This document shows positions 19,401-28,961 of a stretch of DNA of 64,000 bases, piece by piece (within the stretch, counting starts at the first letter, position 1; the number at the start of each line of letters is the position of its first letter). The position numbers and the translations under genes were made by a program. The notes below the pieces were generated by a model. It made no database searches, was not told the DNA's origin, and saw only the letters and a program-made list of their open reading frames with translations. The stretch is from Myxococcales bacterium (lineage in GTDB: Bacteria; Myxococcota_A; UBA9042). Where the stretch lies: assembly GCA_037441385.1 (NCBI GenBank), contig JBBISH010000001.1, positions 1-64,000 on the forward strand. Reading direction: 5' to 3'.

Positions 19401-22400
19401 TGCCCGCGCTCTGGGTGCACTTGGCGACGCTGCTCACCTTGCGCGACGACGCCTGGGAGCTCGTGCTGCGGGCGACGGCCGTGGGCCTGGAGGGCGATGG
19501 CCACGCCGAACTCTTGGACCTCCGCGAGCGTGCAGCCAGCGAGCTTGGGCTGTGGGACGACGCGATTGGTGCCCTGAGCCTGCTCGCCGAACTGCAAGAG
19601 GGCGAGGCACGCGCGCTGACCTTGCTGCGGGCGGCGTCGATTGCCGACTCGACCGCCAGCGATCTTGCGCGCAGCGAGGCGTTGTACCGGTCGGCCCTGG
19701 AACTCGCGCCCACCAACCGCGAGGCTTGGGCTGGCTTGGTGGCGACGGTCCGGCAAAGTGGCGACAAGCAGGCCCTGGCCGCGGCGCTGGACCAGATGCT
19801 CGGTTTGGCCACGCTGGGTCGCGAGACTCGGCTGCACGCGGTCTGCGAGCGCGTGGAACTGGCGATTGCTCAAGGTGAAGTTGCGCCTTTGCAGACTGCC
19901 TGGAGCTTGTTGGAGTCGTTGGCCCAGCAGGCCAGCTTGAGCGATGCCGAGCGCACCCTGGTGACGCTGGCGACGAGCCAACTGAGCCCAACCGAGCCAG
20001 CGGGCGGCGTGGACACGGCCGAGGTGGCGCGGCGGCTGGCGCCGACCCTGCTGCAACACGGCAGCGAGGACGATCGGCTGCTGTGCCAAGAGATTCTCGC
20101 GCTGGCCGAGCCCGAGGGCAGTCCCGAGCGCCAGCAGGCGCTGCTCGCCTTGGCGCAAGTCTTGGCCGGCCGCGATGCCGAGCGTTGCTGGACCCTGCTG
20201 CAGGCTGCGCTGGTCCAGGCGCCGACCGCAGACGCCCTGGCTGCCGCCAAGATCATTGCTGAAGCCAGCGGAACTACGGGGCAACTCTTGGCGTTGCTGT
20301 GTGTCCTGTCCGGCCAGAGCGAAAGCGACGAGGTAGCCGCGGCCGCCGAAGCGATGTGGCCGACGGTGCTGCGCGTGGCCGTGGAGCTGGCTGAGGCCGC
20401 GGGCGACGCGGACATGGCGCAGGCTCTTTGCTATGCCTGGCGCGCCCAGGATCCCGAGTCTGCAGAACCCCTTGTGACCCTTGCGCGCCTGACCGCGGCG
20501 AGTGGCGACCACGAAGCACTGGCGGACACATTGCGGGCTCAGACCACCCTGGGCAGCGATAGCGATCGCCAAGCGGCGTGGCTGCAGCTTGCGGATCTGC
20601 AAGACGGGTTGGACCGCCGCGCCGCCGTGCTGGGCGAAGCCGTGGCGGCCTTGCCGCAGCAGGCCGATCTTTGGCAGATGTGGCTGGCGGCCTTGCGCGA
20701 CGCCGGCGATCAGGCCGGCCTGGCGGATGCGTTGGGCCAAGCCCTGGCCACCGACGCTGCCGACCTGGGCGACAAGGCGCCGATGCTGCGCGAGCGCGCC
20801 GATCTGCTCGGCAGCCAAGGGCGCGAGCAGACCATCGCGGCGGCGACCCTGTGGCTCGAGGTGCTGGACGCTGACCCGGCTGACGATGACGCCGCCGAGC
20901 AGGCGTTGGCCGCCGTGTTGCGCGCGGTGCACGAGTGGGCCGGCGCGCGCGACCGCGAATTGTTGCCGCTGGTCGAGCGATGCGAACCGATGGTCGACGC
21001 CCGCGGCGATGCCGAAGCGGTGGCGGCGCTGATGCAGGCCCGCACCAGGCTGGTCCTGGACCCCAAGGCCGATCGCGCTGCCTGGTGTCGGCTGGCCGAG
21101 TTCCGCGAAAGCAGCCTGGGCGATCTGACCGGCGCCTTTGCCGCCGCGGCCGAGGCCCTGCGACTGGACCCCAGCGACGCGGCCTGGGCCGACACGTGTC
21201 AGCGGTTCGCCGGTCAAGCCCTGGCGGGCGGCGAGAGCGCCGACACCGTGGCCCAAGCCTGGCAAGCCGCCGCCCAAGGCGCCGTCACGCCCGAAGATCG
21301 CTTGGCTCTGCGCCGACGCGCCCTGGCGCTGACCGGGGAATCCTTGACCGTGCCGGTACTTCGCCAGTTGCTCGACGGCATACTGCAAGACGCTCCCAGT
21401 GACGACGATGCCATCGCCCGCCTGGGCGCCCTGGCCGAGCGCGAGGGCGACGCCAGCACCCGCGTCAGCCTGTTGGCCCTGCGGATTCGCAACAGCAGTG
21501 ACCCGCAAGCGGCTGCCTCGCTTTGGCTCGACAAGGCCGGGTTGCTGGTCGACTTGGGGCACACGGCCGAGGCCGAGGCTGCCTACCAGTCTGCCGCAAC
21601 TGCTGGCAGCGGCGAAGTTCGCTTGGCTGCGCGCGCCGCTCTGGTTGGTTTGGCCGAGGCGGCTGGCGATGCCCTGACCTTGGCGCTGGCGCTGGACAGC
21701 CTGCGCAACGAAACCGCGGACAGCGAAGGTCAAATTGCCCTGCGCCTGCGCGCAGCCCAAGTGCTGGCCGACGCGGGCCTGCCGGCTGAAGCGCAGGACC
21801 AGTTGCGGCGTGGGTTGGCCGAGCACCCCGCCAGTGCCGATCTGCACCTAGCCCTGGAAGAGCAGCTGCGCGCCAGCGACGACGCACAGGGGCTGGCGAG
21901 CTTGCTCGACGGCGCCTGGAATCGGCTGACCGGGCTGGCCGATGCGGACTTGGACGCGCTGGCCGCCCGCTACCTGGCCGCCTTGGCGCAGGCCAAAGGT
22001 GCGGGTCTTGAGCTAGTGCAGGCCGCCGAACTGGTGCGGCAGCAGGGACGCAACCCCGCGAACTTGATCGATATTCTGGAAGAGGCAAGCCAGAACGAAG
22101 CTGCCGCGGCACCTGCCCTGGGTCAGTTGGTGGCGGTTCGCCAAGCCGCTGGCGACGTGGAAGGTGAGATCGCCGCGCGCCTGCAGCGCCTGCAACTGAC
22201 CGAAAGTGGAGTGGATACCGCGCAGGAACGGCGGGTGGTGGCCGGGCTGTTGCGCGATGGGCTGGGCGACGCCGACGCCGCGCTGGGCCAATACCAGCAG
22301 CTGCTGGGCAGCCCAGGCTGGCTCAATGGCGATGCCGAAACGGCTCTGCAGTTGGCCGACCAGTTGGGTCAAGCGGCGGACCTGGAAGACGTGCTCCGCC

Positions 22401-25400
22401 TCGCGGCGATGGACCTCGACGCGACCGAGCGGCGCAAGGTCTTGCTGGTCAAGCTGATCGAGCGGGCGCGGGACCGCGGCGACCTGGAGCGCGCTTTCCA
22501 AGCCTTGGGCGACTTGATCGATGTGCCCCAGAGCCAGGTACAGGTGGTGCGCGCTTGCCAGACACTGCTGGAGCGCGACGCCGAACTGAGCGATGCCCAG
22601 CGCGAACAGGCGTTGCGGCAGGTGGCGGCTCAGCACGAACTGGCGCGCGAACGGGCCGTGGCCGCTCTGGAATTGGCGGCTCTGCTGGCCAATCAAGACG
22701 GCCGCAAGGCCGAGGCGGTTGCCTTTGCTGAGGCCGCGGGCCAAGAGCCCGAACTGCTGGGTCCTGCGTTCGAACTGCTGGGCCTGCACGCCCCCGACGC
22801 GCCCGAGCGCAAACGGCTTGCCGAACGCGCTGCGGCAACGGTCCCGGCAGCGGCGGCCTGGTTGGAAGAGCAGGCTTTGGCCGGCGGGAGCGTGGCCGAG
22901 TTGCTGGCCCTGGTGCAGGCACGCGCCGAGCGCACCGAGCCGCAGAGTCCAGAAGAAGCCGCTGAAATTTGGATGCACTTGGCCCACACGGCCCGCCAGT
23001 TCGGCGAGGCCGTGCCGGTGCAGCAAGCGGTCCAAAAGGCGCTGGCCCTGGTGCCGCGGCACGCGGGCGCCTTGGCCCTGGCGAGCGAACTCGCGCGGCA
23101 GTCGGGCGACTATACCGCGGTGGCCGCTCTGGCCGAACGCGAGGCCGAGCTGGTCAGTGGCCAGGCGGCGGCCGAGCTTTGGCTGACGCGGGCAGACGCG
23201 TTGGACAAGCTGGGCGATTTGGCGGGTGCCGTGGATGCGTGCGAGTTGGCCCTGGTGGCCGACGACACCTGCCTGGCGGCTTACCGCAAGCGCGGCGACT
23301 TGCTGGTGCGCACGGGTCGGGCTGGCGAAGCCCTTTTGGTGTTGCAGTCGGACGCCGGCCGGGCTCAGGGCGATCTAGCGGCGGCTTTGTGGCTCGACGC
23401 GGCAGCCCTGGCCCGCGCGGCTGGGGATGCGGCAGCTTGGGGCGCGGCCCTGGCCCACGCCATCGACGGCGCGGCGGGCGCCGAAGGTCTGACGGCCGAA
23501 TTGAGCCACGCTGGCGACGGGTCCGCCTGGGCGGCGGCCGCAGGTCGCGATGTGGCTCCGGCGTTGACCCGCCAGGGTCGTACGAGCGAAGCCCTGCAAC
23601 TGGCGTTCGCGGCACTGGATTTGGCGAGAGATCTTCTCACCGGTCTAGAGCAGGCCCAGGCTGTGGCCAGCGAGGCGGGCGCTCTGGACGACTGGCTCGA
23701 GCGCGCCACCGAACTCATCGGCAGCGGTCAGGTGAGCGACGATCAGCTTTTGCCCGTGGTCGCGTTGGCGGCGGCGGCGGCGACGGAACTGGGCCTGCTG
23801 GACCGCGGCGCCGAGCTGTGGGAGCTGGCCTGGGAACAGCGCCCTGACGATCCGGATGCGCGCGATGCGGTCCTGAGCCTGCGCCGCGGCGCCGGTGACC
23901 CGCACCAACTGGCGGCGAGCCTGGAGCGGGCGCTGGTGTTTGCCGAAGGCGACGAGCGGACGCAATTCCGTATGGAGCTTGCCGAATTGCGACTGCGTGC
24001 GCTGGGCAAGCCGCAGGAAGCGCTGCGTCTGGTTGGCGAAGTACTGCAATCCGAGCCGGCCAACAAGGCCGCGCACGCGCTGGCGCGGGCCCTGGCCGAG
24101 AACCCGGTCACGGCCGAAGAAGCCCTGCGCCTGCTTGAGAGTCTGGCGCAACGCCACGGCGACGATGCCACCCGCGTGTGGGTGCTGCAGCGGCGCCTGC
24201 CGCGGGCAGCCCGCGCCGAGGATCGCGCGGCCATTGCTGAGGAGCTGGCGAGTCTGCAAGCCAAGGGGGTCACGGCCGGCGGCGACACGCTGCAGACGCT
24301 GCTCGCGGCTCTGCAGGCGGCCCCGAGTCAAGCGCTGCTGACCACCATGGAAGCGCTGGCCCGCGAGGACGAAGACGACGAAGTCATGTCGGCTGCGTAT
24401 GCGGCGGTGCTGGATCTGCCGTTGCCGGTGGCCGAGGCGTGTCCCCTGATCGTGCGCGCGGCCAACTTGGAAGTGCGGCGCGGCCATGCCGAACAGGCCG
24501 AGACGCTGCTGCAACGCGCGGTGAACGACGCTCCCGATTTTGCCGACGCAGCCGATCTGCTGCAGGCGCTGCTGGAAGGGCAGGGGCGGCGGACGGAGCT
24601 GCTGCGCCTGTACCAGCAGCGCGTGGACCAGGTGCAAGACCTTGAGGTGCGCAAGCTGACCCTGTACAAGCTGGCTGACCTTGCCCAGGACTTGGGTCAG
24701 AGCGATCTGGCGGTCACCGCGTGGCGCGACTTGGTGCAGCTGGATCCGACCGACCGGGCGAGCGCCCAGGCGTGGGTCGACCTGCTCCGCCAAGACCCAC
24801 CGGCGGGCGATCTGGCCGAGGCCCTGATCGCTTTGGCGCATGCGCACGAGGCGGGTCACGTCAAGGCCGAGCTCCTCAGCGAAGCGGCGCGGCTGTTCCA
24901 GCGTTCGGGCCACCGCGACCACGAAGTCGAGGATCTGTACCAGCAGGCGTTTGTGGCCGATCCAAGCCTGGACGAGCCCTTCGTTTGGTTCGAGCGGCAT
25001 CTGGCGCAAAAGCCAAGGCAGATGGCGGCGTTGCTGACTCAGCGCGGCGAGCACCTACCGGCCGGTCCGGCGCGGGTGCGGGCGCTCCGCAAGCTGGCAC
25101 AGTTGCGGCGCGACTTGGGCGAAATGCCCGAGGCTTGCGCGGCCTTGGAGTGGGCCGTCCAGGATGACCCCAGCAATACCGCGGTGTTGGACGAGCTCCT
25201 TCGCACGGCCGAGCAGGGCCGCGTGTGGCACGCCTGGCTAGGGGGCGCGCAACAGCGGCTGGTCAGCGAGTCCCGCAAAGAGGCCAAAGTGACGCTGCTG
25301 GCGCAGATGGCCCGGGTGGCGCTTACCGAGCTGGGCGATGTCGGGCGCGCTCAGCAGGCGGTCAACGAGCTGGAATTGCTGGCGCCGCGCGATCTGAACC

Positions 25401-26326
25401 TGCGGCAAATCAAGGCGTTGCTGCTGGCCCACACCGGCAGTGCTGCCGACGCGGCCGCCGGCATCGAGGCGGCCATCAAAGAGACCGACGACCCGCAGCA
25501 ACTGCTGGTGTTGCACGTGGAGCTCGCCGACCTGTACCTGGACAAGCTGGACAACCCGGCGCGCGGCATTCGCGAGCTGCAGCGCATCTTGACGCTGGAT
25601 CCCAAGCGCACCGACGCCCGTCGGCGGCTGTGCGACCAGTACCGCAGCCGCAACTCGTACGAAGCGCTGGCCGAAAGCCTGAAGCAGTGGCTGGCCCAAG
25701 CCGACGACAACGCCGGCCGCTCGACCCTGCAGATCGGCCGTGGCCGCGAGCTCGTCGGACTGCTCACCGAGCTGGGCGAGACGCAGCTGCTGATCGGTCA
25801 GCCCGCTGAGGCCGTGCAAAGCCTTGAGCGTGCGTGGGATCTGTGCGGCGACGACGTGGAGACCGCCGAACGGCTGGCGCCGTCGCTGGCGTCGGCGGGC
25901 GCGACCGAGCTCGCCGAGCGCATCTACGACTTCTTGGCCGATCACTTCCGGGCGGAAAAAGCCCGGCAGACTCAGTTCCTGGCCAGTTCGGCGTTGCTGC
26001 GCGAGAAGCGCGGCGATCTGCAAGGCGCGCGCGACCGCTTCAAGCGGGCCCTGGAGGCGGCACCTGCCAACGATGTGGCGACCTTGGGCAGTGCCCGTGT
26101 GTGCCTGGGCTTGGGCGAAGTCGACCGCGCCATGCGGCTGTTTGACGCCGTCGCCCGCCACAGCGGCTCGGACCACAGCCCCGCGAGCCGCGCCGACGCG
26201 CACGTAGGCATGGGTCAGTGCCGCCTGGCTCGCAACCAATTCGATCAGGCGCGCGCCTGCTTCGAAGAAGCCCTGGCGATCCAGCCAGGTCACAAAGCGG
26301 CGACCGCAGCCCTGGCCCGCCTCTGA
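16490..26326 (+). CDS. Giant TPR/alpha-solenoid protein, 3278 aa (AgmK-like)
   Basis: Continuous Ala/Leu-rich helical repeats such as AIEAYQRVLTVQPDH and ARACFEEALAIQPGH; no obvious signal peptide. Confidence 0.85.
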   Translation: MLVETETAHLPDGSAIEALVAALQAGNLSATDAADQMLALSAGEAHPRIKAALLERAAALVAQQDQPRSANLLRESFRLFPTQPVGYALLATVQDEPAFRRLRRLGNLVDAIAALAGPGPARVQALIDAGRNHVGQGHGRAAVAALEEALSLDPSAEAARELLAVAQQQVVDRQEALIERRMELAECSDADRANALIGYAELLLDGDEPLGDAAAVLADAVDAGAAVELAAPLWVEVARAMGDRGELTRALACSLAAGEALPTRLQHADELANIPSVDREAPASAALALGALAEALPDDLTIVARLEVVGALLSDQPAVEAEELRARAVRDRDRNLETASSLALAWLAHHDGDWTTAERHYRRVRTLAPQDTEALDFFEGYYRKTGDHKRLLVALSQRLGASEGRETVSIALEMAHLCEGPLASPERAIEAYQRVLTVQPDHVEAMGALQRLNGELHHWPALRDILERQVRTYIAKSGIDPDVKALALAALGRLAELLTDPNKLPEPDQALAVYRRILHLDPRQPEAVAAVVQHAAATQHWELAVATQRAAGQACSDPHEAAGFFRQAAQTAATQLANPALSAELWRLALTALPGDREISKNLREVALVAGDTVGALDSLIGELTAQLGPAALDPVAPLPDGVASELVATLEEAAALADGQPDRGDLAMRLYALLAVAEPGHLAALAVLVEHWRDTRTADLIALLQRQLVGKPSSARQTQILEHLAQLHLRAPADLSAADRAAQQLLELDPANASARSVQMHCSAQRLDFAALRALCGADRSGAERFVEVCLDAATDRSDGGRYALWQAAATTLASELGDAERAAVLLSDAVHSASETDTGTGREQAIALARNLLDVATAANLLGAQRLAVESLVGWVDEAEQAAMRQKLADLALISGEISDGLDLLSAVAEDELTAGRGDGFAAATARMLAVIRELDDADLALRHLQRLLDLAELAQTDEGTRAALGDRLPALWVHLATLLTLRDDAWELVLRATAVGLEGDGHAELLDLRERAASELGLWDDAIGALSLLAELQEGEARALTLLRAASIADSTASDLARSEALYRSALELAPTNREAWAGLVATVRQSGDKQALAAALDQMLGLATLGRETRLHAVCERVELAIAQGEVAPLQTAWSLLESLAQQASLSDAERTLVTLATSQLSPTEPAGGVDTAEVARRLAPTLLQHGSEDDRLLCQEILALAEPEGSPERQQALLALAQVLAGRDAERCWTLLQAALVQAPTADALAAAKIIAEASGTTGQLLALLCVLSGQSESDEVAAAAEAMWPTVLRVAVELAEAAGDADMAQALCYAWRAQDPESAEPLVTLARLTAASGDHEALADTLRAQTTLGSDSDRQAAWLQLADLQDGLDRRAAVLGEAVAALPQQADLWQMWLAALRDAGDQAGLADALGQALATDAADLGDKAPMLRERADLLGSQGREQTIAAATLWLEVLDADPADDDAAEQALAAVLRAVHEWAGARDRELLPLVERCEPMVDARGDAEAVAALMQARTRLVLDPKADRAAWCRLAEFRESSLGDLTGAFAAAAEALRLDPSDAAWADTCQRFAGQALAGGESADTVAQAWQAAAQGAVTPEDRLALRRRALALTGESLTVPVLRQLLDGILQDAPSDDDAIARLGALAEREGDASTRVSLLALRIRNSSDPQAAASLWLDKAGLLVDLGHTAEAEAAYQSAATAGSGEVRLAARAALVGLAEAAGDALTLALALDSLRNETADSEGQIALRLRAAQVLADAGLPAEAQDQLRRGLAEHPASADLHLALEEQLRASDDAQGLASLLDGAWNRLTGLADADLDALAARYLAALAQAKGAGLELVQAAELVRQQGRNPANLIDILEEASQNEAAAAPALGQLVAVRQAAGDVEGEIAARLQRLQLTESGVDTAQERRVVAGLLRDGLGDADAALGQYQQLLGSPGWLNGDAETALQLADQLGQAADLEDVLRLAAMDLDATERRKVLLVKLIERARDRGDLERAFQALGDLIDVPQSQVQVVRACQTLLERDAELSDAQREQALRQVAAQHELARERAVAALELAALLANQDGRKAEAVAFAEAAGQEPELLGPAFELLGLHAPDAPERKRLAERAAATVPAAAAWLEEQALAGGSVAELLALVQARAERTEPQSPEEAAEIWMHLAHTARQFGEAVPVQQAVQKALALVPRHAGALALASELARQSGDYTAVAALAEREAELVSGQAAAELWLTRADALDKLGDLAGAVDACELALVADDTCLAAYRKRGDLLVRTGRAGEALLVLQSDAGRAQGDLAAALWLDAAALARAAGDAAAWGAALAHAIDGAAGAEGLTAELSHAGDGSAWAAAAGRDVAPALTRQGRTSEALQLAFAALDLARDLLTGLEQAQAVASEAGALDDWLERATELIGSGQVSDDQLLPVVALAAAAATELGLLDRGAELWELAWEQRPDDPDARDAVLSLRRGAGDPHQLAASLERALVFAEGDERTQFRMELAELRLRALGKPQEALRLVGEVLQSEPANKAAHALARALAENPVTAEEALRLLESLAQRHGDDATRVWVLQRRLPRAARAEDRAAIAEELASLQAKGVTAGGDTLQTLLAALQAAPSQALLTTMEALAREDEDDEVMSAAYAAVLDLPLPVAEACPLIVRAANLEVRRGHAEQAETLLQRAVNDAPDFADAADLLQALLEGQGRRTELLRLYQQRVDQVQDLEVRKLTLYKLADLAQDLGQSDLAVTAWRDLVQLDPTDRASAQAWVDLLRQDPPAGDLAEALIALAHAHEAGHVKAELLSEAARLFQRSGHRDHEVEDLYQQAFVADPSLDEPFVWFERHLAQKPRQMAALLTQRGEHLPAGPARVRALRKLAQLRRDLGEMPEACAALEWAVQDDPSNTAVLDELLRTAEQGRVWHAWLGGAQQRLVSESRKEAKVTLLAQMARVALTELGDVGRAQQAVNELELLAPRDLNLRQIKALLLAHTGSAADAAAGIEAAIKETDDPQQLLVLHVELADLYLDKLDNPARGIRELQRILTLDPKRTDARRRLCDQYRSRNSYEALAESLKQWLAQADDNAGRSTLQIGRGRELVGLLTELGETQLLIGQPAEAVQSLERAWDLCGDDVETAERLAPSLASAGATELAERIYDFLADHFRAEKARQTQFLASSALLREKRGDLQGARDRFKRALEAAPANDVATLGSARVCLGLGEVDRAMRLFDAVARHSGSDHSPASRADAHVGMGQCRLARNQFDQARACFEEALAIQPGHKAATAALARL

Positions 26327-26380
26327 GCCCGGCGCGCGCCGCAGTCCCACTCCAACCAGAGTGAACCATAGAGGCCTTTC

Positions 26381-27454
26381 ATGTCCGCCCATCCTCCGCT
26401 TCCCTCCCCCTGCCGAGTCGCCGTGGTGGGTGCCACCGGCTATGGCGGCGCCGAACTGCTGCGCCACCTGCTGGTACACCCGGCCGTCCAAGTCACCAAG
26501 CTGGTGGCCAAAGACAACATCGGCAAGCGGTTGGACCAAGTGCATCTGTCGTTTGCCGGGCTCACCGACCTGGTCATCGAAGATCTGAGCCCCGCGGAAC
26601 TGGCGCCGCACGCCGACCTGATCTTTGTGGGGCTGCCGCACAAGGTGTCGGCGGTGGTCGTGGCCGAATTCGTCGACGCGGGCAAAGCGGTCATCGACCT
26701 GTCGGGCGACTATCGGCTGCTGGACAAGGATGAATACGCCAAGTATTACGAGGCGGTGCATCCCCTGCCCGAGCGGCTGGGCAGCTTTGTCTACGGCCTG
26801 CCCGAGGTGAACCGCGAGGCCATCGCTGCTGCTCGGCACGTCGCCTCGCCGGGCTGCTTTGCTACGGCGATCACGCTGGCGCTTTTGCCATTTGCCGATG
26901 CGGGCTTGCTCCAGGGCCGCGTGCAAGTGACGGCGATGACCGGTTCGTCGGGTTCGGGTGCCAACCCGGCGCTTGGGACGCATCACCCCCTGCGCGCCCA
27001 GACGCTGCGGGCCTACAAGCCCCTGACACACCAACACGTTCCCGAGATCGAGCAGAACCTGCGCTTGGCCGGCGCGCGCGAGCTGACGCTCGACTTCGTG
27101 CCGGTGTCGGCGCCGCTGGTGCGCGGAATCCTGACCACCTGCTACTTCGAAGTGGGGGCGGGTGTGGACACTGCCGATCTGGCTCGCCTGCCGGCGCGCT
27201 ACTTCCAGGGCGACAAGTTGGTGCGCGTGCTGCGCGACCGGCTGCCCGAAGTCAACGCGGTGGCGGGCTCGATGTTTGCCGAAGTGGCCGTTACGGTGGG
27301 TAAAGAGGTTCGCGAGGGCTTCCGGACGATCGTGGCGCACTCGGCCATCGACAACCTTGTCAAGGGCGGCGCTGGCCAGGCCATCCAGTCGATGAACCTG
27401 ATGCTGGGCGTGGACGAGTACACGGGCTTGCTGGCGCCGAGTCAGTGGCCGTAG
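26381..27454 (+). CDS. argC: N-acetyl-gamma-glutamyl-phosphate reductase
   Basis: VGATGYGG, IDLSGDYR, YGLPE, SPGCFAT, DNLVKGGAGQAIQ. Confidence 0.93.
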   Translation: MSAHPPLPSPCRVAVVGATGYGGAELLRHLLVHPAVQVTKLVAKDNIGKRLDQVHLSFAGLTDLVIEDLSPAELAPHADLIFVGLPHKVSAVVVAEFVDAGKAVIDLSGDYRLLDKDEYAKYYEAVHPLPERLGSFVYGLPEVNREAIAAARHVASPGCFATAITLALLPFADAGLLQGRVQVTAMTGSSGSGANPALGTHHPLRAQTLRAYKPLTHQHVPEIEQNLRLAGARELTLDFVPVSAPLVRGILTTCYFEVGAGVDTADLARLPARYFQGDKLVRVLRDRLPEVNAVAGSMFAEVAVTVGKEVREGFRTIVAHSAIDNLVKGGAGQAIQSMNLMLGVDEYTGLLAPSQWP

Positions 27455-27469
27455 CCGCGGGAGCAAGCG

Positions 27470-28312
27470 ATGCAAACGCAACTCCAGGGCCGAAAGGTGC
27501 TGGTCAAGGTGGGCGGCGAGACGCTCAAGGACCCTGCCGACCGGCTGCGCTTGGCACGTGACTGCAAGGCCGCGGTCGATGCCGGGGCGCAACTGTGCCT
27601 GGTGCACGGCGCAGGTCCGCAAATTACCGCGATGGGGCAGGCGCTTGGCGTGCAGTCCGTGTTCAAGGGCGGCCGGCGCGTGACCGATGCGGCGATGCTG
27701 CGGGCGGTGGCGCTGGCCATGTGCGGCGAAGTGAGCGTGGACTTGCTGAGCGCGGCCCTGGCGGTGGGGCTGCGCGCCGTCAACCTGCCGGCGGCTGCGG
27801 CAGGCCTGGTGGTGGGCAAGAAACGGCCGCCCAAGGTCGTCGCCGGCGAAGCCGAGCCGGTGGACTACGGCCTGGTGGCCGATGTGGCCTCGACCAACCC
27901 GGCGGTCATCCAGGGGTTGTGGCAGGCGGGGCTGGTGCCGCTGCTGTCGTCGCTGGTCGCGGATGCCAGTGGGCAATTGCTCAACCTGAATGCGGACTCG
28001 CTGGTCACGGCGCTTGTGCCGGCGCTGGGCATCGACGACGTGGTGCTGGTGACGGGGGTGAGCGGCGTCTACGGTCAGCTCGACGACCCCAGTACGCACT
28101 TGCCGGAATTGAAAGACAGCGATATCGCGGGTTTGATCGCCAACGGCACCGTCACGGGCGGCATGGTGGCCAAGCTGGAAGAGGTGGCGGCGATCTTGAA
28201 GAAGGGCGCGCGCCAGGTCAGCATCGTCGGCTACAAGGACGAAGGGGCCATCGGGGCGGCGCTGACTGGCGGCCCCGGCACGCGCACCGTGGTCCGCCGG
28301 AGTGCAGCGTGA
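27470..28312 (+). CDS. argB: Acetylglutamate kinase
   Basis: VKVGGE, VHGAGPQI, GRRVTD, LNLNADS, GGMVAKL. Confidence 0.88.
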   Translation: MQTQLQGRKVLVKVGGETLKDPADRLRLARDCKAAVDAGAQLCLVHGAGPQITAMGQALGVQSVFKGGRRVTDAAMLRAVALAMCGEVSVDLLSAALAVGLRAVNLPAAAAGLVVGKKRPPKVVAGEAEPVDYGLVADVASTNPAVIQGLWQAGLVPLLSSLVADASGQLLNLNADSLVTALVPALGIDDVVLVTGVSGVYGQLDDPSTHLPELKDSDIAGLIANGTVTGGMVAKLEEVAAILKKGARQVSIVGYKDEGAIGAALTGGPGTRTVVRRSAA

Positions 28313-28941
28313 TGGGCCGCTGGCCACGAGTCGTCGCGGCGACTGCGGCGGTGCTGGCGCTGTGGGTGCCGGCGCTGGCGCACGCCCACAACGTCGACGG
28401 CAAGGTCGGCGTGGGCTTTGAAGAGACGCTCTTGGGCCTGGGGGCGCGGCAATTCTTCCCCATCGACGACGGCAGCGGCAATCTGCTGAGCCACGCACTG
28501 CCTGATGTGCGCGCCGCCGGGCTCTCGGGCCGCTGGTACGTCGGCGCGGTAGGCCTGGAGGCCGTGCTTGGCTTTGACATGCGCAGCCCCTCGGGCGAAC
28601 CGAACGAATACGGAGGCTTTCTGTCGCTCGGTGCGCTGTGGAACGTGGCGCGCGCGCCGTCGGTGAACCTGGCGGTCGGCGTGCGCGCGGTCACGGCGGT
28701 CGCCCGCACCAACACCGTGGGGGTCGCCGGTCCAGCCCGCTTTGGCTTGGGCTTTGAACTGCCGATTCGCGTGGAGTATTTCTTCAGTCCCAACTTCGCC
28801 ATTGCCGGCGCAGTCGGCCCGACTTTGGCCATCAATGGGACCAACGGCAATCCGCTCACCGGCAACCGCAACAGCTACGAGTTCGCCCTGACCCGCGGCG
28901 ACTTTGGCGGCGGCATCGGCTTCACCTACTACATCAACTAG
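28312..28941 (+). CDS. Outer-membrane beta-barrel protein
   Basis: Signal peptide (AHA); amphipathic strands (LPIRVEYFF); C-terminal GIGFTYYIN; TGATG coupling to argB. Confidence 0.7.
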   Translation: MGRWPRVVAATAAVLALWVPALAHAHNVDGKVGVGFEETLLGLGARQFFPIDDGSGNLLSHALPDVRAAGLSGRWYVGAVGLEAVLGFDMRSPSGEPNEYGGFLSLGALWNVARAPSVNLAVGVRAVTAVARTNTVGVAGPARFGLGFELPIRVEYFFSPNFAIAGAVGPTLAINGTNGNPLTGNRNSYEFALTRGDFGGGIGFTYYIN

Positions 28942-28961
28942 TCAAGAATCCAAGAGGAACT

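Noticed and set aside
25238..28498. 1086-aa minus-strand ORF and other long antisense ORFs (19190-21847, 51950-54559, 13681-15699)
   Set aside because: Shadow ORFs of high-GC coding strands, opposite well-supported genes and without motifs
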